From the NCBI GenBank assembly GCA_951406725.2, contig OX597814.1, positions 214,830,001 to 214,894,000 on the forward strand: DNA of 64,000 nt, in the 5' to 3' direction. Below the pieces are notes generated by a model. The model made no database searches and was not told the origin of the DNA. It saw only the letters and a list, made by a program, of their open reading frames with translations. The stretch's first letter is position 1. Each line of letters starts with the position of its first letter. This document shows positions 11,516 to 25,630 of the stretch, piece by piece. Position numbers and translations under genes: made by a program. Source of the stretch: Octopus vulgaris. Its lineage: Eukaryota.

Positions 11516-13157
11516 TGTTGGGCTTTCGAGAGGTGATTAATTCAACAGTGGCTTTCATACAAATAATAACAGTAATTGAAGAAAATTTATTTCCACCAAA
11601 CTTAGAAGTTGAGTTGATGTCTGAGTAAAAACACGATTCCAGCTAATCAGAATCATTGATTTATGCAAGAATAAATATTTCCGTGCAAAAAAGAAAGCTG
11701 GTGGGAAGGGAATAATATTTCTACCGATAAACAATTTCATATACTGAAAAAAATTTCACTCATTCATCACTTAAATCTAAAACTCTATTGTTCATATAAG
11801 ACACTTTCTCATCTAGATCAATTTCAGGATGTGAAAGCCGCTCGGCAGATTTTGTGGAAGACAAAAAACCTAAATACATTGAACTAACAGAAATGTTGAT
11901 ATCTTTATTTAGCACTACTTGAATTAAATGTATCATGCCAAAAGATGCAGGAGACTGACATACCATTACGATTGACAAGGGCAGGTATAGATTTATCTGG
12001 TTCTTATCTTAAGACATTGCCCAGGAAGAAATATATAGCTAGATTATAGATTTATGCAGAACTTAGCCGGAAACATTTGACGTTCCTATTAAAGCAGCTG
12101 ATATCTCAAACCGTTTATTGACAGATAAAATATTTTCTCTGTTTTGCGTATCACTTCAGAATGTTAGTGATAAGAAAGAAGCTGTAAATGAAATTCAGGA
12201 TATAACTCTCACTTAGTCACAACCTATCAAAGAGTAATAAATAAAATTATGGAACCCGAAGTTAATCAAGTCGTAAGATTTTGAATGAAGTATTATTTTG
12301 ATCGGTTGAAGTTACAGATTGACTCAAGGGACGAGAGTTTTGTACATGAAATTCGGCTTTTGAGTCACTTTTTAACTTCTGCCGATTAAAATAAAATATA
12401 TATGTATTCTTGTTTTGAGATCTTTTTATCTTGATTTTTGCCCCTATCAAACCTGAATGGAGTATATTGTAAATATCATTACAAGCAATTAAATGGAAAG
12501 CTGTATTCAGAAAATTGTTGGAAATAAAAGGTTGAATGACTTGCAAGGTTAAAATTCAATTTAATTGGATCAAATTAGGCATTTGCAGCGATTAATAAGC
12601 GACATTATTCAACTCTAAAGAAAATATAAAGAAGTGTAAAAGGCACTGTGGGCTTTTGTTCTAATATGATGGATGGTCTAGCGGTGTAAATTCTTGCGGC
12701 TGAATTGTGAAGATAAGCAGAAAAAAACCCTTACAAATGTTTGATAAGGAGGGGACACAATTGTCACGAGAGATAAACTATGATATATAGATGGTAATTT
12801 GGTCAGAGCAACGACAGTGAAAATCAGATTTAAGAGTTCAGAATATCGATCTGTGCATAGAAATCATGTAATTATTCAGATCCAAGTGAAGAAAACATGC
12901 CTAATGAGCTGCTAGCATCAAGTAGTACAGAAAGCATAAATAGTGGGATAGTGATTTATAATTTATCGATAGAGATAGAGGTAAATAAACCAGTAAGGCA
13001 AAAGAGAAATAAATTACTGAAAAATCTCATGGGTGCAAACAGAATTGCGTTTAAGTGATTTCGTATATATTTTCATTAGCAAGAAAGAAAACAAACAAAA
13101 TTAACTCACGTATAAATACAATTACCATTTACAGTTTATGTCTTCATAAACAGTTTA

Positions 13158-14382
13158 TCTTTATATATAAAAGAGAGGTTGTGTGCTGTCTGTCTCCTAC
13201 GATTTAGATTCCTAACTACTCCCACATTTTGCGGTGCAGTTTAACCAAAACCGGGTATCTTATAGTCGTGATTCATATCAAGCCCTTCTGGGTATTAGCG
13301 CGCGTCTACGATGAATCTACGATTTAAAAAAAAATTTACCATAATTTTTTCCAATTTTTAATGCATTTTTTTGCTATTATATAAGGGAAGTAACTCTCTA
13401 AAAATGCTTATATAGTTATTTCCCTTACAAACCCGAGCAACCCCGGGCGATACTGCTAGTCTTTTATAAAACATCTTTATATATAAAAGTGAAGTTGTGT
13501 GAGTGTCTGTCTCCTACGATTTAGATTCCTAACTACTCCCACATTTTGCGGTGCAGTTTAACCAAAACCGGGTATCTTATAGTCGTGATTCATATCGAGC
13601 CCTCCTGGGTATTAGCGCGCGTCTACGATGAATCTACGATTAAAAAAAAATTTCCCATAATTTTTTCCCATTTTTAATGTATTTTTTCGATATTATATAA
13701 GGGAAGTAACTCTCTAAAAATGCTTATATAGTTATTTCCCTTACAAACCCGAGCAACGCCAGGCGATACTGCTAGTCTTTATATATAAAAGTGAAGTTGT
13801 GTGAGTGTCTGTCTCCTACGATTTAGATTCCTAACTACTCCCACATTTTGCGGTGCAGTTTAACCAAAAGCGGGTATCTTATAGTCGTGATTCATATCAA
13901 GCCCTTCTGGGTATTAGCGCGCGTCTACGATGAATCTACGATTAAAAAAAAAATTTCCCATAATTTTTTCCCATTTGTAATGCATTTTTTTGCTATTATA
14001 TAAGGGAAGTAACTCTCTAAAAATGCTTATATAGTTATTTCCCTTACAAACCCGAGCAACGCCAGGCGATACTGCTAGTCTTTATATATAAAAGTGAAGT
14101 TGTGTGAGTGTCTGTCTCCTACGATTTAGATTCCTAACTACTCCCACATTTTGCGGTGCAGTTTAACCAAAAGCGGGTATCTTATAGTCGTGATTCATAT
14201 CGAGCCCTTCTGGGTATTAGCGCGCGTCTACGATGAATCTACGATTTAAAAAAAAAATTACCATAATTTTTTCCCCATTTTTAATGCATTTTTTTGCTAT
14301 TATATAAGGGAAGTAACTCTCTAAAAATACTTATATAGTTATTTCCCTTACAAACCCGAGCAACGCCGGGCGGTACTGCTAG
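13158..14382 (+). mobile_element. Tandem array of four ~302-bp non-autonomous Helitrons
   Basis: Units 13158-13459, 13474-13775, 13776-14078, 14079-14382. Each starts TC and ends CCCGAGCAACGCC(G/A)GG-N~9-CTAG. The outer ends sit between A and T. Confidence 0.9.
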
Positions 14383-14663
14383 TCTTTTATAAAACAATGC
14401 ATATAACTTTTATAACAATCTTCTTTTATTTCCTAAATTTGTAACAAATCACAATTGATAAAGCCTTTAAACGCGCCCACCGTTTGTTGCTCGACTATAC
14501 TTTCTTTTTCCAGACCAAAAAGAAAGAGCGGTGAAATATAGACAAGCAACAAATGGCGAGTGTGCTTATTGGTTTTAGGAATTACGACTCTTCGCAAATA
14601 GAACAATATTGGGTTCAACACGATGTTTCAGGCCAAAATTCTTGCAAAACAAATTCAAAATCG

Positions 14664-15048
14664 ACCTATCTACCTAACTACCTATCTACCTACCTACATA
14701 TCTACCTACCTACCTACCTACCTACCTACCTACATACATACATACATACCTTCCTTCCTTCCTTCCTACCTACCTACCTACCTACCTACCTACCTACCTA
14801 CCTACCTACATACATACATACCTTCCTTCCTTCCTTCCTTCCTTCCTACCTACCTACCTATTTACCTTTCTTCCTTCCTTCTTTCCTACCTACCTACCTA
14901 CCTACCTACCTACCTACCTACCTACCTACCTACCTACCTACATACCTACCTTCATTCCTTTCTTTCTTTCTTTCTTTCTTTCTTTCTACCTACCTACCTA
15001 TTTATCTTTCTTCCTTCCTTCTTTCCTACCTACCTACCTACCTTCATT

Positions 15049-15110
<62 letters not shown>

Positions 15111-15641
15111 TTCCTTCCTTCCTTCCTACCTACCTTCATGCCTGCCTGCCTGCCTACCTACCTACCTACCTACCTACCTACCTACTTTCCTTCCTTCCTA
15201 CCTACCTATTTACCCGCCTTCCTTCCTTCTTTCTTTCCTACCTACCTACCTACCTACCTACCTACCTACCTACCTACCTACCTACATACCTACCTACCTA
15301 CCTACATACACACATACATACACACATACATACACACATACATACACACATACATACACACATACATACACACATACATACATACATACATACATACATA
15401 CATACATACATACATACATACATACATACACATACATACACACATACATACATACATACATACATACATACATACATACATACATACATACATACATACA
15501 TACATACATACATACATACATACATACATACATACACACATACATACATACACACATACACACATACATACACACATACATACACACATACATACATACA
15601 CACATACATACACACATACACACATACATACACACACACAC

Positions 15642-15674
<33 letters not shown>

Positions 15675-15758
15675 CACACATACACACATACATACATACA
15701 TACATACATACATACATACATACATACATACATACATACATACATACATACATACATA
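14664..15758. repeat. Compound tetranucleotide microsatellite (CCTA/CCTT/CTTT/CATA)
   Basis: Directly visible; the source of the spurious 458-aa and 391-aa ORFs. Confidence 0.97.
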
Positions 15759-16116
15759 CCAGCATCCATATGCACCCACATACACACGATGCTGGTAATA
15801 AGAAATGACAAACAAAAACCCAGCAAAGAAAACAATATATGTTTCGATGTAACTACAATTCTTAACCTCGCCATTATTTCGTTTCGTGCGGTTGATTTAT
15901 TTCCCCCTGTTTCCTTCGACATGACATAAGACTATTCGTATTCATTCCCGCCCAATAATTCTAGCCGTAACATTAGCATTTCAAACCTATCCCAGCTAAG
16001 TACTAACTCTAACGTCCAGGAAGGAACCCAGTAAATGCATACAAATAAAGTATTAACAACCAAAAGAAGACATTAAACGTCGAGAAAATGTGCGAGAGGA
16101 AACGATAAGAGGATTA

Positions 16117-16716
<600 letters not shown>

Positions 16717-18267
16717 GATGTATCTATAAATTTTGTTATCTCATCAAGTTCGCAGGGTGTCTCACAGTTTGATGGAATCTAGCGCTACAACTCCAACATT
16801 ATTTTCTTCATAAATCAACTTAAAACATCGAAATGACATTTCTTTTCATAAACTGTCGGTCAAATTGGCATTAGTTCTTCACGTAGAGCTAGTAGCCAAA
16901 CAGTCACATCAAAATTAAGGTTCGATCAATGGATTCTTTTCCGACAGTGATGCATTCTAATATCAGACTCTGCTTAAGATTTAATAAAGATTTAGAACAT
17001 CTCTGAAGTAACTAGAAAAAAAGGAAAAAAAAAAAAATTCTTTCAATGTTAGCTGATAGTGAATATAAAAAAGCTGCTTCAGAACCTCGTTTCGGGTTTT
17101 AGTTTCTTAGCAGCAAGGCCAATACTAGTCACGTGTTCTGCCAAGGAAATGAAAAACTCCGGTAATTTTTATTGAATGATAATTGCCAAGTAGCAAAACA
17201 CTCAGATTGTATATAAACAGTTGGTTTTATGTAGCAAATAGGTTGATCGATGGATTAATAAATGCAAATGCAGAAGAGAATACAGACAAAATTGCACGCA
17301 CATAAAATGACAATTTCTTTTCATTACAACAACTTGAAACTGACGATCTTGCTTCTTGGATTATTATCGTTCTATATTCAGTTGATGCTCTGCTTTTCTT
17401 AAAGGCGTAGAGAAACAATGTTAATGGACTGAAAGCTATGAAATTATATGCATTAAGGTATTTTTGGAACGTTTTATTATTACTTTGGTCATGTTCATTT
17501 ACTGTTTGCTATATAAATATATTTGTTTTATTATAGAAATTTTGTAGTTTTATAGGTTGAACAGAATATAGAGAAAAGGATAAGAGTTGTTTATTCAGGA
17601 TAAAACCGTCGAAGAAAAATTCGTATTATAAAACTCCTGGAAAGAATTGATTTCTTTATCTGTAAGACAAAAACAAAGCAACTGCTTTATAAGCAGAATA
17701 AGAGGTAAAGCAATTCAATATATGGAAATATGCTTATTGCTAATAATATATGAATGTACAAATATGTTGTTACGGAATCTCTTCTAATTGAACAAGATAC
17801 GTAGTTGGTAATAGATGCTCGTGTATTATGATTTTAGTGTAGGAAGTAGTCATGTTCCTCCTATCACTTATATACCGAGATTGAAACGGTTTTGGTAGAT
17901 CACTGAAGCTTTCTCCATGTCCATTGAGCCAAACACTGTGAGTTACTGTAGTAAATTGCTCTGCAGTATATTTGAGAGTTAAGTACCTTTGACGTCCCAG
18001 AGAAGAACATTGATAGATTGAAGAGAATCTCACATATAGATCTGTACAATAAAACTAGAACTTTTGGAGAATTTTTTGCCTTGAATATTTATATGGAATC
18101 ACATATAATATTGCTGAATTCATATGGTTTCTCCTTGCTATGTTGAAAAGCCATCTGTTACACTGGTTATTCACCAAAAAAATTTATCGGGAAAAAGAAA
18201 AAAAATGAGGCAAGTTTTCTCTATACACGCAGTCAATATTTGCAAGTAATTTGTAAAACTGAAAGAA

Positions 18268-18279
18268 CATCTATCTGTA

Positions 18280-18358
<79 letters not shown>
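18268..18358. repeat. (ATCT)n microsatellite
   Basis: Directly visible. Confidence 0.95.
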
Positions 18359-18361
18359 AAC

Positions 18362-18701
18362 AATATTGACCAAGGTCACCGTGGTCTTTTTCGTAGGCTT
18401 TTCTTCCCACGGATAAACCTTACTTGCTTTCTCCTTTACACCATACATCATGACACTGTGATACACGATCCCTATTGATCGTTTTTTTCTCCTCTTCCCT
18501 TTTTTTCCTCTTTTTTCTTTTTTCATTTTTCTTTTCTTTCGTTTCTTTTCTTTTTTTCTTTTCCTTTTTTTTTCCTTTTTTCTTTATTTTTGTTCTTTTT
18601 TCCCTTTTACGATCCCTTTTGATCGAAAACCTACGCCACCTTTTTTTTTCTCCCCTAAAAGAAAAGCTCTACCTTGTAACTTGTCCCATCTGTGTGCAGC
18701 C

Positions 18702-18703
<2 letters not shown>
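18362..18703 (+). mobile_element. Probable LINE 3' UTR embedded in (ATCT)n
   Basis: Contains a stem-loop AAGGT..CCGTGG/CCACGG..ACCTT and a long pyrimidine tract. Its end CTTGTAACTTGTCCCATCTGTGTGCAGCCCT resembles the young SINE-B tail. Confidence 0.5.
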
Positions 18704-18778
<75 letters not shown>

Positions 18779-19567
18779 GATCTATCTATCTACCCATCCA
18801 TCCACTCGCACACACACCTAGCCCACCCAAACATAATTATGAGTATAGGCTTGTTTCTGTTGCCATTCGTTTTCAGTGCGAGTTCATTTCACGTATTTTC
18901 CGGATTCCTATCCCATTCTAGTTGTTTGGTAGCTTGTTTTATTTTCTGTATAACCCTACTCTGCCATCAGGTATTGAAAAAAAAAAACTTGGTAAAAAAA
19001 ACCCATTAAAAACAATAAAATACCATTGTAGTCATTAATATAACTTTTGGCCTTCTCAGTTTCATTACCTTTTGATATATCAAAAGATAGCAAAATCACT
19101 GCTTTCAGGGTTTTAGTCAATTATATCAAACCCGGTACTTGCACTGGTACTAATTTTACCGGGTCACATTTATTGAATGGTTTTAAACTTTAGCAGCAAA
19201 TTAACTCTTTAATGTTATCTATACAGATTTTCTGTAGAAATTATTGCCAGCATTTATTTGTTACGGCGTTTCGAAAAAATCAGTGCTAGCAATAATTTCT
19301 AAAGAAAAATCTAAAGAGATAACCATAAAAAAGTGATGTAATAGCACTACTAACACAGTAGGACACAGTATTGACTTATGAAGTATTTTGATATACTTTA
19401 TGGTATATTATGGTTGCATAACAAAATACGGTGATCCTAGAAGTGATTAATAAATTAATTTTCTCTTGCGGACTAAATACATATACACTGCTGTACACTT
19501 ACGCACACATACACACATGGATGCATACACGCACACTCATTTATTTATACATTCATTCATTCATTCG

Positions 19568-19598
<31 letters not shown>

Positions 19599-19749
19599 TT
19601 CGTATTACTTACCAAATTTCACTCACATACCATCGGTAAACGTATCGGTCTTCAGCGGTAGTAACTTCAACTAAAGAAAACCAAACACGGAAACAAGTGG
19701 TTGTGAAACAAACTTTTGAATTACACAGTCATCCCTGTACCTATGTAAG

Positions 19750-20144
19750 TGATGATAATAATAATAATAATAATGATGATGATGATAATGATAATAATAA
19801 TAATGATGATGATGATAATGATAATAATAATAATGATGATGATGATAATGATAATAACAATAATAATAATGATGATAATGATAATAACAATAATAATGAT
19901 GATAATGATAATAACAATAATAATAATGATGACGATAATGATAATAACAATAATAATAATAATAATGATGATAATAACAATAATAATAATAATGATGATG
20001 ATAATAACAATAATAATAATGATAATGATAATAACAATAATAATAATGATGATAATGATAATGATAATAACAATAATAATAATAATAATAATGATGATGA
20101 TAATGATAACAACAATAATAATAATGATGATGATGATGATAACG

Positions 20145-20207
<63 letters not shown>

Positions 20208-20229
20208 TGATATAATAATAATAATAATG

Positions 20230-20262
<33 letters not shown>

Positions 20263-20295
20263 TATAATAATAATACTAATAATAATAATAATGAT

Positions 20296-20327
<32 letters not shown>

Positions 20328-20328
20328 G

Positions 20329-20379
<51 letters not shown>

Positions 20380-20401
20380 TATAATAATAATAATAATAAT
20401 G

Positions 20402-20462
<61 letters not shown>
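19750..20462. repeat. (AAT/GAT/AAC)n trinucleotide array
   Basis: Directly visible. Confidence 0.97.
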
Positions 20463-20772
20463 CTGAGGCCTGAAATTTTGGGGTGTGGGACTAGTTGATT
20501 ACATCGCCCCCAGTACTCAACTGGTACTTATTTCACTGACCCCGAAAAGATGAAAGATAAAGTGGACCTCAGCTTTGCCTTTTGTAGCTGAAATTTTCGG
20601 GTACGGAGTACGAAGATTACATTGATCCAGTGCGTAACTGATACTTATTTCATCGACCCCGAAAGGGACAAAATTCAAAGTCAACCTTGGCGGAATTTGA
20701 AATCAGATCATAAAGACAGACGAAATGCCGTTTAGCACTTTGTCCGGAGTGCTAACGAGTTTGCCCGCGCGC
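20463..20772 (-). mobile_element. Two adjacent SINE family B copies/fragments
   Basis: Reverse-complement B body appears twice. Confidence 0.75.
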
Positions 20773-20796
20773 AGTAATATTAATAATAAAATTATT

Positions 20797-21342
20797 GCAG
20801 GACCAGGGAGTGGCTCTCATGGCTTTTGATCTTAACTGATTGGAAGTGTTATCATGTTTGTGTTTTGTCTTGGTGCAAAAGTTGGGTTACAGCAAATATT
20901 CTGCTCAATACACCACAGATTTGCATGATTATTGCTTGATCTTAACCAGTTATGCATATCCCTTAGTGGCTGACGATATGTGCATCTCTGATCACGAGCA
21001 GGTGTAGTGGGGGATCATCATAGCCATGTGTTGAAGGGAATTCTTTGGAGTTTGAATAATTTACCTTTGGAGACATGGATGTTTCATTCATCACCCTGAA
21101 ACAACCCTTATTCAGGGACCTTTTGAACAGAATGGGTTATTTGATCTGGAGAAAAATCTGGGCGCCACCTGCAAGGTCATGTGCTGTTTATCTTGATATG
21201 AGATCACCATGTCACGCACATATGGTTGTGATGCACCTGACTGGTACATACTTTTCAGATGGGCAGTAAAGATGGGTATATTGGGCTTCATATATATTTG
21301 TACTCCAGCGTCACTTTGATGGCATGCGCTGCTCTCTCACTC
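20797..21342 (+). mobile_element. ~540-bp non-coding element in (AAT)n, copy 1
   Basis: Colinear with 21656-22192; ends CTGCTCTCTCACTC-AATAATAAT. Confidence 0.85.
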
Positions 21343-21354
21343 AATAATAATAAA

Positions 21355-21535
21355 CCTTTCTATTATAGACACAAGATCTGAAATTTTGGAGGAGGAACTA
21401 GTCGATTACATCGACTCCAGAATTTCACAGAATTTATCGACCCTGAAAGGATGAAAGGCAGAGTCGACCTCGGTAGAATTTGAACTTAGAAATACTGCTA
21501 AGCATTTCGCCCAACAATTCTGCCTGCTCGATGCT
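21355..21535 (-). mobile_element. SINE family B, partly deleted
   Basis: Reverse-complement B body. Confidence 0.75.
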
Positions 21536-21591
<56 letters not shown>

Positions 21592-21606
21592 CATAATAAT
21601 AATAAT

Positions 21607-21655
<49 letters not shown>

Positions 21656-22192
21656 GGCAGTGGCTCTCATGGCTTCTGATCTTAACTGATTGGAAGTGTT
21701 ATCATGTACATTGTTTTGTCTTGGTATAAAAGATGGGCTACAGCAAATATTCTGCTCAATACCACAGATTTGCTTGTCAGTTGTTTGACCTTAACCAGTT
21801 GAGCATGTCCCTTAGTGGCTGACGATATGTGCATCTCTGATCACGAGCAGAAGTAGTGGGGGAGCATCATAGCCATGTGTTGAGAGGGATTCTTTGGAGT
21901 TTGAATAGTTCACCTCTGGAAACATGGGTGGTTCTTTCAACATCCTTAAACAACCCTTATTCAGGGACCGTTTGAGCGGGATGGGCTACTCAACCTGAAG
22001 AAAATTCTAACTGGGCCCCACCTGCAAGGTCATGTGCTGTTTATCTTGATATGAGATCACCATGTCGCGCACATATGGTTGTGATGCATGTGCCTGGTGT
22101 ACCTTTATCAGACGGGTAGTCATGATGGGTATATTGGGCTTCGTATATTTTACCCCAGTGTCACTCTGATGGCATGAACTGCTCTCTCACTC
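21656..22192 (+). mobile_element. ~540-bp non-coding element in (AAT)n, copy 2
   Basis: (AAT)n on both sides; no ORF, terminal inverted repeat (TIR) or tRNA head seen. Confidence 0.85.
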
Positions 22193-22214
22193 AATAATAA
22201 TAATAATAATAATA

Positions 22215-22900
22215 CGACCCTATCCCTAACCACCCACCAAAAAAAACATTCAAAAGAAAAACAAAACCACCATTTACACGAGTTCAAAAAGAAATAGGGC
22301 ACCCCACAAATTCCTGAATGTTCGACAAAATAAGACAAACCACGTGTCTCTGTTACAAAACCTGAGGGTGGAACCATTCAAACATACCAAGCTCGAAATT
22401 CTAAGCCACTTTTCAGCAAATTCAGCACTTCCCTTTCCGAAAGAGTTGAGGTGAAAGTATTTGCCCTAAGTTCCTACAAACTCGTCCACCATAGCCATAG
22501 GAAAGCAACAGAGTGTTTTTTTTTTACGATGAGTACGGCCAGTAGCCAGGTCCGTTCGGTATGTGGTAATAAATGTCTGACGTAACGCAACAAATCAGCA
22601 ATGCTCGGAGGCTTATCAATCTGCGCGCATCTCAGCCAGATCCGGTGGATGGTACTGTTATGCTTGACAAGTTTATCTCAAACTAGTAACCACAAACTCA
22701 GTAACACAGCAAAACCAAGGACTTTTGAAAGTTGGCCATAATCCCGGACCTGGAAGTCTTCTGGAAGAGATTGCTCAGTTGTTTTTCGGTGACAAAAGTT
22801 TCCTCAGATATCGCTGAACATACTCACCACTAATCTTCTATATACTCCTCGGGTAGAAGTTCTATTTTCTGCATTACCCAGATGGTAGAAAACTGTACGT
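22215..22900 (-). pseudogene. Degenerate L1/Tx1-clade LINE ORF2 C-terminus
   Basis: Minus strand reads V*DKLVKHNSTIHRIWLRCAQIDKPPSIADLLRYVRHLL, resembling the zinc-binding C-terminal region (LPVRDKL..CPRC..CPxIxxLW). Confidence 0.5.
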
Positions 22901-23005
22901 GTTTGACGACATTTCTAATGCGAGGCGGTTGTTCATAGTCAATGTTTGTCGGATTGTAACTCAGTCAAAGAGACGAGCTATGGGAAACGTGTCTGTTGTT
23001 GATGC

Positions 23006-23069
<64 letters not shown>

Positions 23070-23109
23070 GTTGTTGTTGTTGTTGTTGTTGTTACTGTTA
23101 TTATTATTA

Positions 23110-23297
23110 AGGCTGCGAGCTGGCAGAATCGTTAGTACGCCGGACAAAGTGCTTGGCGGCATTTCGTTTTGAGTCAAATTCCACCACCTTTCATCCTTTT
23201 GGAGTCAATAAAATGAGTACGCTGAGCACAGGGGTCAATGTAATCGACTAACCCCACTGCCTTCAAAATTTCAGGCATTGTACTTATAGAGGAAAGG
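23110..23297 (+). mobile_element. SINE family B
   Basis: Head and body match. Confidence 0.75.
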
Positions 23298-23666
23298 ATC
23301 AATACCATTATTATTCCTGCCTCCATAATCTTTTATAGTGTGTTGGTAAAGAGAAAATGAAGTTTTATGTTTTAGCATCAAAACCAACATTCGTTAAACC
23401 TGTCACCTGTATTCCAAATGGTTTTGTTTTTTCATATTTTATCATCAGATTTGCACATTGACCCGTAAACGTTTTATACAACATACCACAGTGTTTTTGA
23501 TTTTGATACTGGTTTGGGGATTAAGTTGAGCTGATTTTGTTGCTATTCGTACATAATGTTTTATTAAAAGATTACATCTTACGAATGACAGATTTGATAG
23601 ATGTACGAGTTCTCTCAACATATACTAAATGCATTCATTTGTAAAAAGATATTTTAATAAATATAT

Positions 23667-23870
23667 TGGTTTCAAATTTTTGGCACAAGGCCAGCACTTC
23701 CAGAGGCGGGGGTGGTTAAGTCGATTACATCGACCCCAGTGCTTAACTGGTACTAAATTTATCGACCCCGAAAGGGATGAAAGGCAAAGTCAACCTCGGC
23801 GGAATTAGAACTTAGAACATAAATATGGACAGAATGCCGCAAAGCATTTTACCTGGCGTGCTCACGAGCT
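23667..23870 (-). mobile_element. SINE family B
   Basis: Reverse-complement match. Confidence 0.8.
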
Positions 23871-24010
23871 TTGTTTTAATAAATACATTTAATAAATTGA
23901 ATGACTGAATGAACCCCACGTCTCTCTTACTATCTTACTATCTCTTCACTCTCTTTTTCTCTCATATTTTTAGGCATATGATTTTAAATATCCATGACTA
24001 AATATCCATA

Positions 24011-24173
24011 GGCGCAGGAGTGGCTGTGTGGTAAGTAGCTTGCTAACCAACCACATGGTTCCGGGTTCAGTCCCACTGCGTGGCATCTTGGGCAAGCGTC
24101 TTCTGCTATAGCCCCGGGCCGACCAATGCCTTGTGAGTGGATTTGGTAGACGGAAACTGAAAGAAGTCTGTTG

Positions 24174-24208
<35 letters not shown>

Positions 24209-24427
24209 TTGTTTGTCTGTGTTTGTCCCCCTAGTATTGCTTGACAAACGATGCTGGTGTGTTTACGTCCCCGTCACCTAGCGGTTCGGCAAAAGAGACC
24301 GATAGAATAAGTACTGGGCTTACAAAGAATAAGTCCCGGGGTCGATTTGCTCGACTAAAGGCGGTGTTCCAGCATGGCCGCAGTCAAAGTGACTGAAACA
24401 AGTAAAAGAGTAAAAGAGTAAGAGTAA
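24011..24427 (+). mobile_element. SINE family A
   Basis: Full length, with (GAGTAAAA)n tail. Confidence 0.9.
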
Positions 24428-25211
24428 ATAGAAAAAAATGTAGTTGTACATATATCCATCAATCTTACTACCCGTGAATTTAAGCATAAATGAAATACTT
24501 TAGAGTTTAAAGTGCATTATGTGACTGTCTTGGATTGATGTGGTTACAGATTTTAGTTTCCAGATGTGTCATCAAATGAGAGAAAAAAAATACTGTAAAC
24601 CTTTACAGGTTTTCGGCCATCATCAAAGAATTCTGTTTCGTATAGTTTGTCGAAGGTACGATAGCCCAATAACGCCCACCTCACTAAGCTAGAGAATGCA
24701 TTTGAAAATTACAGCTTCTTATATATTTTAGTAGGAATCAAACTTCTGTTATAGACTCGGTTCACAAGGAGCCTGATATTATTCTACAACGCACGTACAG
24801 TCAAATAAATTTATTTGCTTTTAGAAGAGGATATAATTTTCAGTTTATTGATTTCAATTTCACATAATCTTGAAGGACAAAATGGTGTTGATAAATGATA
24901 TTATAAAAAAAAAGTCTTGCAAATATTCACAAGTTAAAGTATCAGCTTTATGACTGCTGATTATTTTATTTTAATGAAACCTGTGTTTATCTCATAAAGA
25001 CTAATGAAAAATAACAACAACTACTACTGCTGCTGCTGCAGTTGTAGATATCAAATTATTTTGAGAGCATTCTACCCGACACCATACATGGGCAAAAAAA
25101 CGAGAGAAAAGTTAATAACGTGACAAATATTTCTAATTCTAAATCCACTTATAATCTAATTTATTAAGATATATCTTTCAACAGTTAAGGAAGGTAAATA
25201 TATAATAAATA

Positions 25212-25630
25212 GGCGCCGGAGTGGCTGTGTGGTAAGTAGCTTGCTTACCAACTACATGGTCATGGGTTCCGTCCCACAGCGTGGCACCTTGGTCAAGTGT
25301 CTTCTACTATAGCCTCGGGCCGACCAAAGACTTGTGAGTCGATTTGGTAGACGGAAACTGGAAGAGGCCCGTCGTATATGTATATATATGTATGTGTGTG
25401 TGTGTGTGTATCCTTGTGTGTCTGTGTTTGTTCCCTCTACATCGCTTGACAACCGATGCTGGTGTGTTTATGTCCCCGTAACTTAGCGGTTCGGCAAAAG
25501 AAACCGATTGAATAAGTACTAGGCTTACAGAGAAGAAGCTCTGGAGTCGATCTGTTCAACTAAAGGCGGTACTCCAGCATGGCCGCAGTCAAAAAACTGA
25601 AACAAGTAAAAGAACAAAAGAATAAAAGAA
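25212..25630 (+). mobile_element. SINE family A
   Basis: Full-length match. Confidence 0.9.

Noticed and set aside
13158-14382. CRISPR-like or simple satellite array
   Set aside because: No unique spacers; ~302-bp units with Helitron termini in eukaryotic DNA.
14553-15929. 458-aa ORF and overlapping long ORFs
   Set aside because: Translations of tetranucleotide microsatellites that lack stop codons; no protein-like content.
19697-20215. Asn/Asp-rich 172-aa ORF
   Set aside because: Trinucleotide array; no splice or domain support.
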